Origin: a virus
Taxonomy: Duplodnaviria > Caudoviricetes
Virus record (IMG/VR): IMGVR_UViG_3300014204_000002
Span: 1 to 64,000 of that record
DNA length: 64,000 bases
Direction: 5' to 3' (one strand)
Shown here: positions 29,306 to 38,344 of the stretch, piece after piece
How positions within the stretch are numbered: the first letter of the stretch is position 1
Layout of the letters: the number at the start of each line of letters is the position of its first letter
Notes under the pieces: model-generated
The model's database searches: none
Told to the model about the DNA's origin: nothing
Seen by the model: only the letters and a program-made list of their open reading frames with translations
Translations under genes and position numbers: made by a program

Positions 29306-30031
29306 ATGGTTAATCATGGTATAGAATTATTTACTCTTTCAAAAGATCAATTCAAACTTTATTTTGATACTCTTTTTCGATTGCGACCCGAAGTGAAAAT
29401 TGACCTGTTTCCCGAAAAGAAGCACGTTTATGTTAGGTCAGAAGACGAATCAAAAATTCTCATGTCTGAACTGATCCTGAATGTTGAACCAAAGGAGTTT
29501 ACGAGTTTTGAAATAGGACTCGAATCTGTAATAAAATTGAACCCCAAAAAAGATGTGACGTTCTATCATAAAGGAAATCAAATTATTTTAGCGCAGGGCG
29601 ACACGGCATTAAAAGTTATAACCTTGGATCCGCGCTGCTCCGAGTTAGGTAAAGTTCCTGCGTTTCCTGAATTGGAATATGATGCGCGATTGCATCTTGA
29701 TAAAACATCTATTGAGGCATGGTATGATTATTTTAAAGTCCTCGTGGCAAAAGAAGGAGTTACATTCGAAGTAGCAGATGGCGAACTATCAGTGCATGGC
29801 AAAGTAGAAAATGATGATGTGCTCGAAATGACATCAGTGATTCCAACAGATCAGGAAGATTGCAAAGTAGTTATTGCTGTTGCGCCATTAATCGATGCTT
29901 TTGCACATTGGAAAGTTTATGATACGGTAGTTATACATCTTGGATACAGGACGCCACTACAACTGGAATTTGGATCAGATCTATTGAACATTAAAACGAT
30001 AATTGCGCCCATAGTGAACGATGATGACTGA
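29306..30031 (+). CDS. pcn: PCNA-like DNA sliding clamp
   Basis: 241 aa with alternating alpha/beta clamp pattern; DESKILM near the N-terminus; C-terminal PLQLEF...IIAPIV. Confidence 0.75.
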   Translation: MVNHGIELFTLSKDQFKLYFDTLFRLRPEVKIDLFPEKKHVYVRSEDESKILMSELILNVEPKEFTSFEIGLESVIKLNPKKDVTFYHKGNQIILAQGDTALKVITLDPRCSELGKVPAFPELEYDARLHLDKTSIEAWYDYFKVLVAKEGVTFEVADGELSVHGKVENDDVLEMTSVIPTDQEDCKVVIAVAPLIDAFAHWKVYDTVVIHLGYRTPLQLEFGSDLLNIKTIIAPIVNDDD

Positions 30032-30293
30032 TGGAGAATCAATGAAGTTACAACTAGTTAATGGAGCATGGATAAATGAACGCCACGTAATCGTATATTA
30101 CATATCTGAAGACAGTAAAACAATTGGCTGCCTGTCACTTGGTGATCAGTGTTACACGGTATTAAAACCAGAAAACGAGTTAGTTACACAGGAATTGCTC
30201 GATGATACAATGCGCGTAATTACATCTATGGCACTCAATAACCAACTCCTGTCACAATACGATCTATGGAAGGCACTTAATCGAATAAAATGA
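30021..30293 (+). CDS. hypothetical protein
   Basis: 90 aa coupled to the PCNA gene. Confidence 0.5.
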   Translation: MMTDGESMKLQLVNGAWINERHVIVYYISEDSKTIGCLSLGDQCYTVLKPENELVTQELLDDTMRVITSMALNNQLLSQYDLWKALNRIK

Positions 30294-30417
30294 CAGGATG
30301 TTACAATTGCAAATACTACTGGCTGCATCCATGCTCGTGTAGGCCATTTTGCAAGTGGTATATTGCGTCAATTATCGATCCGTGGGAGTATTGCGAAAAG
30401 TTCACTGAAGAAGAAAC

Positions 30418-30492
30418 TTTTATATATTGATCGACACAATTAAATGATGCACATAGTAACGAGAGAAAGTTTCTTTTCTTTCTTTTGTTATG
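30418..30492 (+). repeat. dispersed promoter+hairpin unit, copy B (putative small RNA gene)
   Basis: TTTTATATA...ACACAATTAA-ATGATGC...GTAACGAGAGAAAG-TTTCTTTT-CTTTCTTTTGTTATG. Confidence 0.72.
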
Positions 30493-30597
30493 GCCGAAAA
30501 TTTGCGCTTGTTACATGACTCTTTTTGAAAGTTAAGCGACTTCCATTGACATTCGATTTCTTTATATGCCCGTAAAGTCAACTGATAACGTGATTTT

Positions 30598-32826
30598 ATG
30601 AGTGGCGAATCTATTATCGAACATGTTTTAAGAGAGAGATATTATCAACCCGGAGAAAGTTCTCTAAATGATGTTTTTGATCGGGTCACGACAGCAATAT
30701 ATCCACAAGATCGAACGATGCGAACCAAATTTCATGAGATGATGAGTGATATGCGGTTCTTGCCAAATTCCCCAACATTAATGAACTCTGGGACTGAAAT
30801 AGGTCAGTTATCAGCTTGTTTTTCCCTTGGCATCAATGATGATATGGTTAGCATATTTGATACGCTCAAGAATGCTGCCTTAATTTTCAAATCTGGTGGT
30901 GGAGTTGGGATAAACTTTAGTTATCTTCGTCCTAAAGGCGCTTCAGTTGGTTCGACTCTTGGCACTTCATCGGGTGTCTTGTCATTTATGCAAGTATATA
31001 ATTCAATGGTTGAGACAGTAAAAAGCGGGGCTGTTAGACGAGGAGCAGCAATTGGTATTCTAAATATAGATCATCCTGAAATAGAAGATTTTATCGTTAG
31101 TAAAAACATAGAAGGTCAATTGTCAAACTTTAATATCAGCGTAATGATCACCGATGAGTTCATGAAGGCGGTTGAACTTGGCGATCCGTGGTATCTGAAA
31201 TTCGAAGGAAAGGTTTACAAGGAAGTTGATGCTCGTGAATTGTTTAACAAAATTGCCAAATCAATGTGGACGAGGGCAGAACCAGGAATCCTATATTATG
31301 ACGCAATAAACAAGGATAATGTATTAATAGACATTTACGGCCCAATTGACACCTGTAATCCATGTGGTGAGAAAATGCTCGTTGTTTTGAGAAAGGCGCT
31401 TGATGCATGGCTTAAAAAATATGAAGGTGGTGGATCGTCATGTAATCTTGGTTCATTAAATCTTATAAAATATGTAAAAGATGGACAATTTAACTTTAAA
31501 AAGTTTGAAACTGATGTTAGGCTCGGAGTGAGAATTCTTGATCAAATTATTGATGTTAATAAGTACCCGCTTGAGCAAATAGAATACATTACAAAGGATA
31601 TTCGTGAATTAGGACTTGGAGTGATGGGATATCACGATATGCTTATTGAGATGGGAATTCCTTATGACAGCGAAGATGCCTATCAATTTGAAGAAAAGTT
31701 ATTTGGATCGATGTATAGAGCAGCAATAAATGAATCTGAAAAACTTGGAATAGAGATTGGTGTGTTTCCATCTTGCTCAAAATCTAAATTAAAAGATTCC
31801 CCGAGACGAAATTCGTTTGTGTTATCAATCGCGCCCACCGGCACGCTATCGATGATTGCACAATGTTCTAGTGGAATAGAACCAAATTTCTCATATGTGT
31901 ATAATAGAAGTACTTGGTCATCTGGAGAAAAGAAAACATTTAGAGTTATTCATCCATTGTTTGAACAACATCTAAAGTCGTTATATAATAAAACTCAAAT
32001 TGATCGGATAACGAATTTCATGTATGAGAATGGCAGCATTCAAAATTGCCCGGATGTCATCGATCTCACTAAAAAATTATTTAAGACTGCCAAAGACATC
32101 CATTGGAAAGATCATATTTTTACGCAATCTGTGGCACAAAAATGGATTGATTCGTCTATCTCAAAAACGATTAATCTGTCATCGGATACTACAGTAGATG
32201 ATATGAAGAATGCGCTTACTTTAGCACACAAATGTGGACTGAAGGGATTTACAGTTTATAGAGAAGGATCGCGCAATGATGTTGTTCTTGAAACAAACAA
32301 AGTAGTGACGCAATTAAATCCTGTCGAGAAGTTAATAAAAGGTGCAAATGGGCGCATTCTTCCTAAAACTCCTCGTAGTATGATGAGCATCACTGAAAAA
32401 AGGCGCTCTAATTGTGGAAAATTGTACATAACAGTAGCCGAAGTCGAGGGACAAGCGCATACACTTTTGATTAAAAATAAAGGTGGTGGATGTTCTGCAA
32501 TGCTCCAAACGGTTGCTGAATTATCTGCTGCGATGCTTCGATGGAAAATACCTCGTTGGGAACTTGTTAGAATATTAACTGGTATTACATGTGATGCTTG
32601 TAGAGGTCGTACTGACATAGATGGAAAGTCATGCGCTGATATCATTGGAAAAGTAATAAAGGAGAATTTCCCAGACGAGGATATTCCAAATAAACATGAT
32701 GGAGAATCACCTAAAAAGACAACTGTTTCCCAAACTGCTGTTCCGTGCCCCAAATGCGGAAAGGCACTTGTATTTGCAGAAGGATGTAGATCTTGTTCGG
32801 AATGCGATTACACTCGATGTTCGTGA
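30598..32826 (+). CDS. nrdJ: class II (B12-dependent) ribonucleotide reductase with C-terminal TSCPD domain and Zn ribbon
   Basis: PNSPTLMN, SACF, GGGVG, RRGA, NPCGE, CNLGSLN, IAPTG, SKTIN, YREGSR; CPKC...EGC..CSEC. Confidence 0.95.
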   Translation: MSGESIIEHVLRERYYQPGESSLNDVFDRVTTAIYPQDRTMRTKFHEMMSDMRFLPNSPTLMNSGTEIGQLSACFSLGINDDMVSIFDTLKNAALIFKSGGGVGINFSYLRPKGASVGSTLGTSSGVLSFMQVYNSMVETVKSGAVRRGAAIGILNIDHPEIEDFIVSKNIEGQLSNFNISVMITDEFMKAVELGDPWYLKFEGKVYKEVDARELFNKIAKSMWTRAEPGILYYDAINKDNVLIDIYGPIDTCNPCGEKMLVVLRKALDAWLKKYEGGGSSCNLGSLNLIKYVKDGQFNFKKFETDVRLGVRILDQIIDVNKYPLEQIEYITKDIRELGLGVMGYHDMLIEMGIPYDSEDAYQFEEKLFGSMYRAAINESEKLGIEIGVFPSCSKSKLKDSPRRNSFVLSIAPTGTLSMIAQCSSGIEPNFSYVYNRSTWSSGEKKTFRVIHPLFEQHLKSLYNKTQIDRITNFMYENGSIQNCPDVIDLTKKLFKTAKDIHWKDHIFTQSVAQKWIDSSISKTINLSSDTTVDDMKNALTLAHKCGLKGFTVYREGSRNDVVLETNKVVTQLNPVEKLIKGANGRILPKTPRSMMSITEKRRSNCGKLYITVAEVEGQAHTLLIKNKGGGCSAMLQTVAELSAAMLRWKIPRWELVRILTGITCDACRGRTDIDGKSCADIIGKVIKENFPDEDIPNKHDGESPKKTTVSQTAVPCPKCGKALVFAEGCRSCSECDYTRCS

Positions 32827-32903
32827 GCGTTATATGATAAGCATTGAAACTATTGCTCTTTCTTTTTCTATTGCAGGGGCGATATTTATAGGGAGGTTAA
32901 TTT

Positions 32904-33146
32904 ATGGAAATTGAATTAATCTTAACTAGTGTATCTTTATTTGGAATGGCATGTGTTGCAAGGCATGAAATTAGATTTATAGGATTTATTATTTGTAGTA
33001 TTGGGAACATTGGTTGGATCATACATGGGAATTTTATAAATAATATTTCGTATATTGTTCTTTTTTCAGGATATCTTATATTTAATATAATTGGAGCATT
33101 TGATGCACATAAACAAGTTATGAACATTAGCGAGTGTATTAAATGA
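32904..33146 (+). CDS. small membrane protein (PnuC-like fragment)
   Basis: Three hydrophobic segments; GFII..IGNIGW. Confidence 0.5.
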   Translation: MEIELILTSVSLFGMACVARHEIRFIGFIICSIGNIGWIIHGNFINNISYIVLFSGYLIFNIIGAFDAHKQVMNISECIK

Positions 33147-34151
33147 TTAAGAAGTTTTTATCGGACGAAAGTATAATTATTGATAAATATAACAATGTTT
33201 ATGGTCGCTTATCAATATTATACGAGTTTAAGAAAAACCACAAGACATGGTGTCATTGTAAATGTGTTTGTGGTAACGAAACAGATGTTTTAAAATCTGC
33301 ACTAGGAGTAACTACGGTTTCGTGTGGATGTTATCATAAAGAAGTTCAACAACGAATTAGAACAAATTTAACCGGGATACGATTTGGAAGGCTTCTTGCG
33401 GTTGAGCGAGTTAAAAATGACAATAAAATATATTATAGATGTTTATGTGATTGTGGAAGTGAAAAACTTATATTACATTCTAATTTAATAAATGGAAATA
33501 GCAAGTCGTGTGGATGTACGAGAACTCCAAGAAAGCCAAAACATGTAGATAATATCAAAAAAGGGCATATCTTCGGAAGATATACTTATACAGGAATTTA
33601 TAAACGTAATAATAATAGAACTTATTTTAAATGCCTGTGTGAATGCGGAAATGAAAAATTTGTTAGATCCGATGCATTAATAAATGGAACCGCTAAGAGT
33701 TGCGGATGTTATCGAGATGATTCTGCATCTATAAGATTGTCATTTTCATTGGACGAGAGAGCATTACATTGGAAAGGCGGCAAGGGCGATAAGGGATATT
33801 GTTATAAGTTTAAAAGAGCAAGTTTAAAAGAACGAGTACGAAAATTTTTTGGTGATGAGTGTAATATGTGGTAAGACATCTATTGATAATGGCAGAAAAC
33901 TAGATGTGCATCATGTGTATAGAAATAAAGAAGTAATGTGTAATGATGACGAAAGAAAATATTTTGTCCCGTTATGCAAAACATGTCATGGACTAGTGAG
34001 AAGATGTGAAAATAAAAACAATTTTGAGTATAGAGATATGTTTATTAATCTAATACATGAGAAAGGACGATGTTATTATTCAATAGAAGAATATCTAGAG
34101 AAGTTTAAAGGTATAAAACTAAAGAATATAAATTTATATGGAGGAATTTGA
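33143..34151 (+). pseudogene. HNH homing-endonuclease-like gene with CxCxCG...SCGC repeats, split by a frameshift near 33860
   Basis: Three C-x-C-x-CG..SCGC repeats in 33143-33874; the HNH core (LDVHH...PLCKTCH) is in another frame. Restoring 2 nt gives GDECVICGK. Confidence 0.75.
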
Positions 34152-34381
34152 TGATAGATCATATAGCAAACACATTTGTTAACGATAATGGATTAACTGC
34201 AGAAGGACGCAAAAAACTTCGTGTTATAGAAGCGCTTAAACGAAATTACGACAAATACGGGCACTCATACTGTCCGTGCAAAGTCGACAAAATTGAAGAT
34301 AACATCTGCCCATGCAAAGACTTCCGGGAAACTGGTAAATGTATTTGCGGCCTCTATTTATCAGGACAAGAACTTGAATAA
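34151..34381 (+). CDS. ferredoxin:thioredoxin reductase catalytic (beta) subunit-like protein
   Basis: KYGHSYCPC...NICPC...GKCICGLY matches the CPC/CPC/CxC FTR signature; GGAGG SD upstream. Confidence 0.85.
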   Translation: MIDHIANTFVNDNGLTAEGRKKLRVIEALKRNYDKYGHSYCPCKVDKIEDNICPCKDFRETGKCICGLYLSGQELE

Positions 34382-34410
34382 CTTTTTATATTTTATCGTT
34401 GTATAGTGAT

Positions 34411-34606
34411 CATGAGTACTCAAAGTATATCAGTCTCATTTTACTTACCGGTGCAGATCGCATTGCTTGTATTGTTTTACGGGAATATTTTGCCGACATT
34501 ACCAATCTGGCTTGTATGGGCGCCATCATTGATTATTGTGGGCTTGCTTGTCATCGCCGCTGTTATTTTGTTAGTTGCGCTTATTGCTGCATTTTTCAGC
34601 AACTAA
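34411..34606 (+). CDS. small membrane protein
   Basis: Two transmembrane segments, W..W.P motif. Confidence 0.55.
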
Positions 34607-34655
34607 TTTACTTTTTTGCAAGCGCTTTTATACTTTTGTGCCGTAATATAATGAT

Positions 34656-34871
34656 ATGATAAACGATCTCAAAGCTACTGACTTGCTTCTTATTGCTTCA
34701 AATATTGTTTTTATATGGGTATCGTGCAATGGATTAATTCAACAATGTCCACGATACTTGATGTATATTTTTGTTATATTGATAATGATAGAGATGATTA
34801 TTTTTTGCGCATGGGTTCTTTGCAAAGTCGCGTTAATGATAGTTAGATTTATGATAGAGATGATAGAATGA
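34656..34871 (+). CDS. small membrane protein
   Basis: Hydrophobic 71-aa ORF coupled to the methyltransferase gene. Confidence 0.5.
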   Translation: MINDLKATDLLLIASNIVFIWVSCNGLIQQCPRYLMYIFVILIMIEMIIFCAWVLCKVALMIVRFMIEMIE

Positions 34872-35344
34872 AAGGTCATGATGCGTTAACAAGTAGTGTG
34901 AGTCAAAACTGGGCAACTCCTCCGGATCTCTATTTAACACTACATAACGAGTTTGTTTTTACTTTGGACGCTTGTGCGGATGAATCAAACCATAAATGCG
35001 ATAAGTATTTTACCGAAGCGCAGGACGGTTTAAAACAAGAATGGCAAGGTTACACGGCGTTTATAAATCCGCCATACAACGAAACCAAACTATGGGTAGA
35101 AAAGGCAATTGAGCAGCATCATAAATACGGAATTACGATCGTGATGCTTCTTGCAAGTAGAACTGGAAATAAAACATGGCACGAGTTAATTGTCCCACAT
35201 GCAAAACAGATACGGTTTTTAAAGGGCAGGATTAAGTTTGTTGGGGCTACTTCAGGCGCAACTTTTGACAGCGCAATCGTGGTATTTTCGACTAAATCGA
35301 CTGATAAAGCATTTGAAAAATTCGTCTTTATAGACTATAGGTGA
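34868..35344 (+). CDS. phage-type DNA N6-adenine methyltransferase (Dam family)
   Basis: WATPP, FTLDACA, DGLKQEW, NPPY and GRIKF. Confidence 0.92.
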   Translation: MKGHDALTSSVSQNWATPPDLYLTLHNEFVFTLDACADESNHKCDKYFTEAQDGLKQEWQGYTAFINPPYNETKLWVEKAIEQHHKYGITIVMLLASRTGNKTWHELIVPHAKQIRFLKGRIKFVGATSGATFDSAIVVFSTKSTDKAFEKFVFIDYR

Positions 35345-35348
35345 GTTA

Positions 35349-35834
35349 ATGAGAGAAATTACAATAGAAGTGACAAATTATTGTCCATTTCGATGCAAGT
35401 ATTGTTCAAGTAATGCTATAGACAATATTCCTGATGCGACCTTTGTAGAATTAAAACACATTTACACATGCTTGGAAGGTTGGTATGATCGAATTATTAT
35501 TTCCGGAGGAGAACCGTTATTTCATCCATCTATCGGACGCATAATTTATTATTGCAAGCAACACACAAACGATGTAGTAGTTTATACAAACATGATTACA
35601 CACGTTGCTTATAATGCAAATGTCATTGATGGAATTACAGTTGATGTAAACCTGACAACCTTGGACAATGTGAACGAGATACACGTATTAAAGCGAGTTA
35701 AACAAGGAAGAGAAGCAACTCGGCCAGAAGTTAAGTTTTCATCTAATTGGGACAAACACGATTGTCAAAATTGCGGAGACTTTGTATTGAAGCCTGACGG
35801 AACAACGAGACCGTCTCCATGTAATAAGGAATAA
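35349..35834 (+). CDS. minimal radical SAM protein
   Basis: CPFRCKYC, ISGGEPL, YTN; only 161 aa. Confidence 0.8.
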   Translation: MREITIEVTNYCPFRCKYCSSNAIDNIPDATFVELKHIYTCLEGWYDRIIISGGEPLFHPSIGRIIYYCKQHTNDVVVYTNMITHVAYNANVIDGITVDVNLTTLDNVNEIHVLKRVKQGREATRPEVKFSSNWDKHDCQNCGDFVLKPDGTTRPSPCNKE

Positions 35835-35836
35835 TC

Positions 35837-36307
35837 ATGGGTAAGTATTGGTTGCATTTTAAGTATACTTCTATTCACAAATTTTATGTGATGAAGTATT
35901 GTTTTGAAGAAGGGTATTACTTGCGCGGGATCTTGCACGACTTGAGTAAGTTTAGATTGTGCGAGTTTGTGCCATATGCGTGCTACTTTTTCGAGCCACA
36001 TGTGTCGGGAGAACGCAAGGCAGAAAAGAAACATGCATTTGCTGTTGCGTGGCTTAATCATCAGAATCGCAACAAGCACCACTGGCATTTCTGGACGTCT
36101 ATTGATTACGAAGGAAACTTAAAGTATCTTGACATGCCATATGAATACATTGTAGAAATGATCTGTGACTGGCGTGCAGCAGGCAAAGCAAAAGGTACTT
36201 CTGATGGATCACTGGATCAAACTCGTGATTATTACATTACAAACAAACACCGAATGCTTTTATCGTCAAACACCAGACATATAGTAGAGGACATATTAAA
36301 AGTATGA
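35837..36307 (+). CDS. HD-like (DUF5662-type) protein
   Basis: HK..V, LHDLSKF, WLNHQNRNKHHW and EMICDW. Confidence 0.8.
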   Translation: MGKYWLHFKYTSIHKFYVMKYCFEEGYYLRGILHDLSKFRLCEFVPYACYFFEPHVSGERKAEKKHAFAVAWLNHQNRNKHHWHFWTSIDYEGNLKYLDMPYEYIVEMICDWRAAGKAKGTSDGSLDQTRDYYITNKHRMLLSSNTRHIVEDILKV

Positions 36308-36525
36308 AGCGCATTGCTACGATACTTGAATTTGATAGTTGTCATGACTGCCTATATGGGTCAGGTGGTGAATCTTTAGGCAGCCCAATGTACTGCACGT
36401 TCTTTGATCCACCAAAGCAAATTCTAAATTCAAATGGACACGCAGTGACCCCTTTACAAGATGGACGATTTATACCGGTGTTTTGCCCATTACCAGAAGA
36501 CGAAGTTTTTAACGGTGTATTATGA
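36304..36525 (+). CDS. small Cys-rich protein
   Basis: SCHDC...YC...IPVFCPL. Confidence 0.6.
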   Translation: MKRIATILEFDSCHDCLYGSGGESLGSPMYCTFFDPPKQILNSNGHAVTPLQDGRFIPVFCPLPEDEVFNGVL

Positions 36526-37385
36526 AAACGTATTGCTATCAATTTAAAGACGAATTAATTTATGTCATTCATAAAAGTGATGAGATCTGGATTCCAATTA
36601 AATCAATAACTACTGCATGTAAACTATCTCACACAAATACATTACATAGGTTAAAACAATATAAAGAAGATTGCCCGCACCATTTTATGTTAGTGACCGC
36701 AGTGTCAATTGATGAAAATTATCATAAATATAAAAACTCATCAATTCAACTAATTAGTTTACCGGGATTGCTACAGTATGTTAGCGTTATAGGTAAAAAC
36801 ATTAACAATTTAAATTTATTATTGGAATTCTGTAACTGGGTAGATTTAACATTACAAACAAAGTTAATGGATGTATATAGAAGTCGTAACGCCGTTGCTC
36901 TATTAGATAGAGTAAAAACTACAACCGGGAGAGTATTGCAAGTATGTGATATTATTGATTCTGCTGATTTTAATGATGTATTTGTTCATTCATGGAGAAT
37001 AGATTATAGAAAGGAAAAAGACAGGTATTCAATTATAACACTAATTAATAAAAAGAAAACGTATTTAAGTAGGTTTGTTACAAATTGTCCAGATAATATG
37101 TACGTAGATCATATTAATCATGATTTATTTGATAATAGACAGTCTAATTTAAGAATATGCACAAACTCTCAAAATTGCATGAATAGAAAACCGTATGTTA
37201 AATATAAGGGGGTTCAATATAATAAAAAGAAAGACTACTTTTATGCATGTGTAATCAAAAACGGAAAACGTATAACAAAACACTGTTTTTCTACAGAAGA
37301 AGATGCAGCACGAGCATATAATGAAATGGCAAAAGAAATTCACGGTGAGTTTGCGTATTTAAATTTTATAGAGGAAAGTAAATGA
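36522..37385 (+). CDS. HNH endonuclease with AP2 domain and antirepressor-like N-terminus
   Basis: VDHINHDLFDNRQSNLR...N; YKGV...EEDAARAYN..AKEIHGEFAYLN. Confidence 0.88.
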   Translation: MKTYCYQFKDELIYVIHKSDEIWIPIKSITTACKLSHTNTLHRLKQYKEDCPHHFMLVTAVSIDENYHKYKNSSIQLISLPGLLQYVSVIGKNINNLNLLLEFCNWVDLTLQTKLMDVYRSRNAVALLDRVKTTTGRVLQVCDIIDSADFNDVFVHSWRIDYRKEKDRYSIITLINKKKTYLSRFVTNCPDNMYVDHINHDLFDNRQSNLRICTNSQNCMNRKPYVKYKGVQYNKKKDYFYACVIKNGKRITKHCFSTEEDAARAYNEMAKEIHGEFAYLNFIEESK

Positions 37386-38095
37386 GAACGCTCGTTGTGG
37401 GTGATATTCACGGAAATCGTAACGCATTATTACAATGTTTTCAGAGAAGCGAGTTTAATTACAGTAATGATGTTTTAATTTCACTTGGGGATGTTGTTGA
37501 TGGGGGATTACAATCATGTCAAGTTATTGCAGAGTTACTTAAAATAAAAAACTTTATTCTCATTTCTGGGAATCACGACTGCAGTAAGGAAGGATGTGGC
37601 AACGTTGAGTTTGGTTGGTTTTTACTATGGGCTTCAGAAGGCGTGTCTATACCTTTGTGGGAAAATCAAGGTGGTAGGGCAACAATGCTTTCGTATGATT
37701 ATGATCGCCGTAATGTACCTCAATCTCACATCGATTTATTGAAATCGGCAGTTCCATATTACATTGATGATCGTAATAATTTATACGTGCATGGTGGATT
37801 TGACGAGCGTTATCCAATTGAAGAACAAGATCCTGAAACCTTGATGTGGGATCGTGATTTGGTCTATAAATATGGTCGTGGGTATGCTAAAGGCCCAATT
37901 AAAGAATATAAGCGTGTATTTTTGGGCCACACGTCTACACAGGGAATTATGCATGACTGGAATGCCACTGACCCAATTATAACTGACAATGTGATAGCGT
38001 TGGATACCGGTGGTGGATGGAATGGCAAATTGACAATTATGAACGTTGACACCTTGGAATACTGGCAATCCGACATTCAGACACCCAGTCAATAA
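37382..38095 (+). CDS. calcineurin-like metallophosphoesterase (Ser/Thr phosphatase type)
   Basis: GDIHG, GDVVDGG, GNHD, VHGG, GHT and DTG. Confidence 0.92.
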   Translation: MRTLVVGDIHGNRNALLQCFQRSEFNYSNDVLISLGDVVDGGLQSCQVIAELLKIKNFILISGNHDCSKEGCGNVEFGWFLLWASEGVSIPLWENQGGRATMLSYDYDRRNVPQSHIDLLKSAVPYYIDDRNNLYVHGGFDERYPIEEQDPETLMWDRDLVYKYGRGYAKGPIKEYKRVFLGHTSTQGIMHDWNATDPIITDNVIALDTGGGWNGKLTIMNVDTLEYWQSDIQTPSQ

Positions 38096-38190
38096 TCCCG
38101 ACATTAATCACGACAATTTGTCGCGATAACCACTACTTTTTTAAGATATTTTGGTGTCCGGATCTGTACGATATTAAACTTATAGATAAA

Positions 38191-38310
38191 TTTATCTTCC
38201 CAAAAGTTCAATAATATGTGTTAACAAAAGAGATGTGAGGCATCTCTTGAAGAGAATAAACAATACATATTGTCCTTTTCAAGATATATAACTTTCGCTC
38301 TCTTTTGTTG
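38191..38310 (+). promoter_or_regulatory. structured 5' leader with embedded antisense promoter, copy 2
   Basis: Outer stem TAACAAAAGAG/CTCTTTTGTTG; conserved inner hairpin; antisense CGAAAGTTATATATC. Confidence 0.65.
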
Positions 38311-38344
38311 GTAGGATCATATATGGAAAATGCAGTAGTTAAAA

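Noticed and set aside
35349-35834. 7-deazaguanine (QueE/QueC/QueD/DpdA) or Z-base pathway
   Set aside because: No QueC, QueD, FolE, DpdA or PurZ is recognisable in the window.
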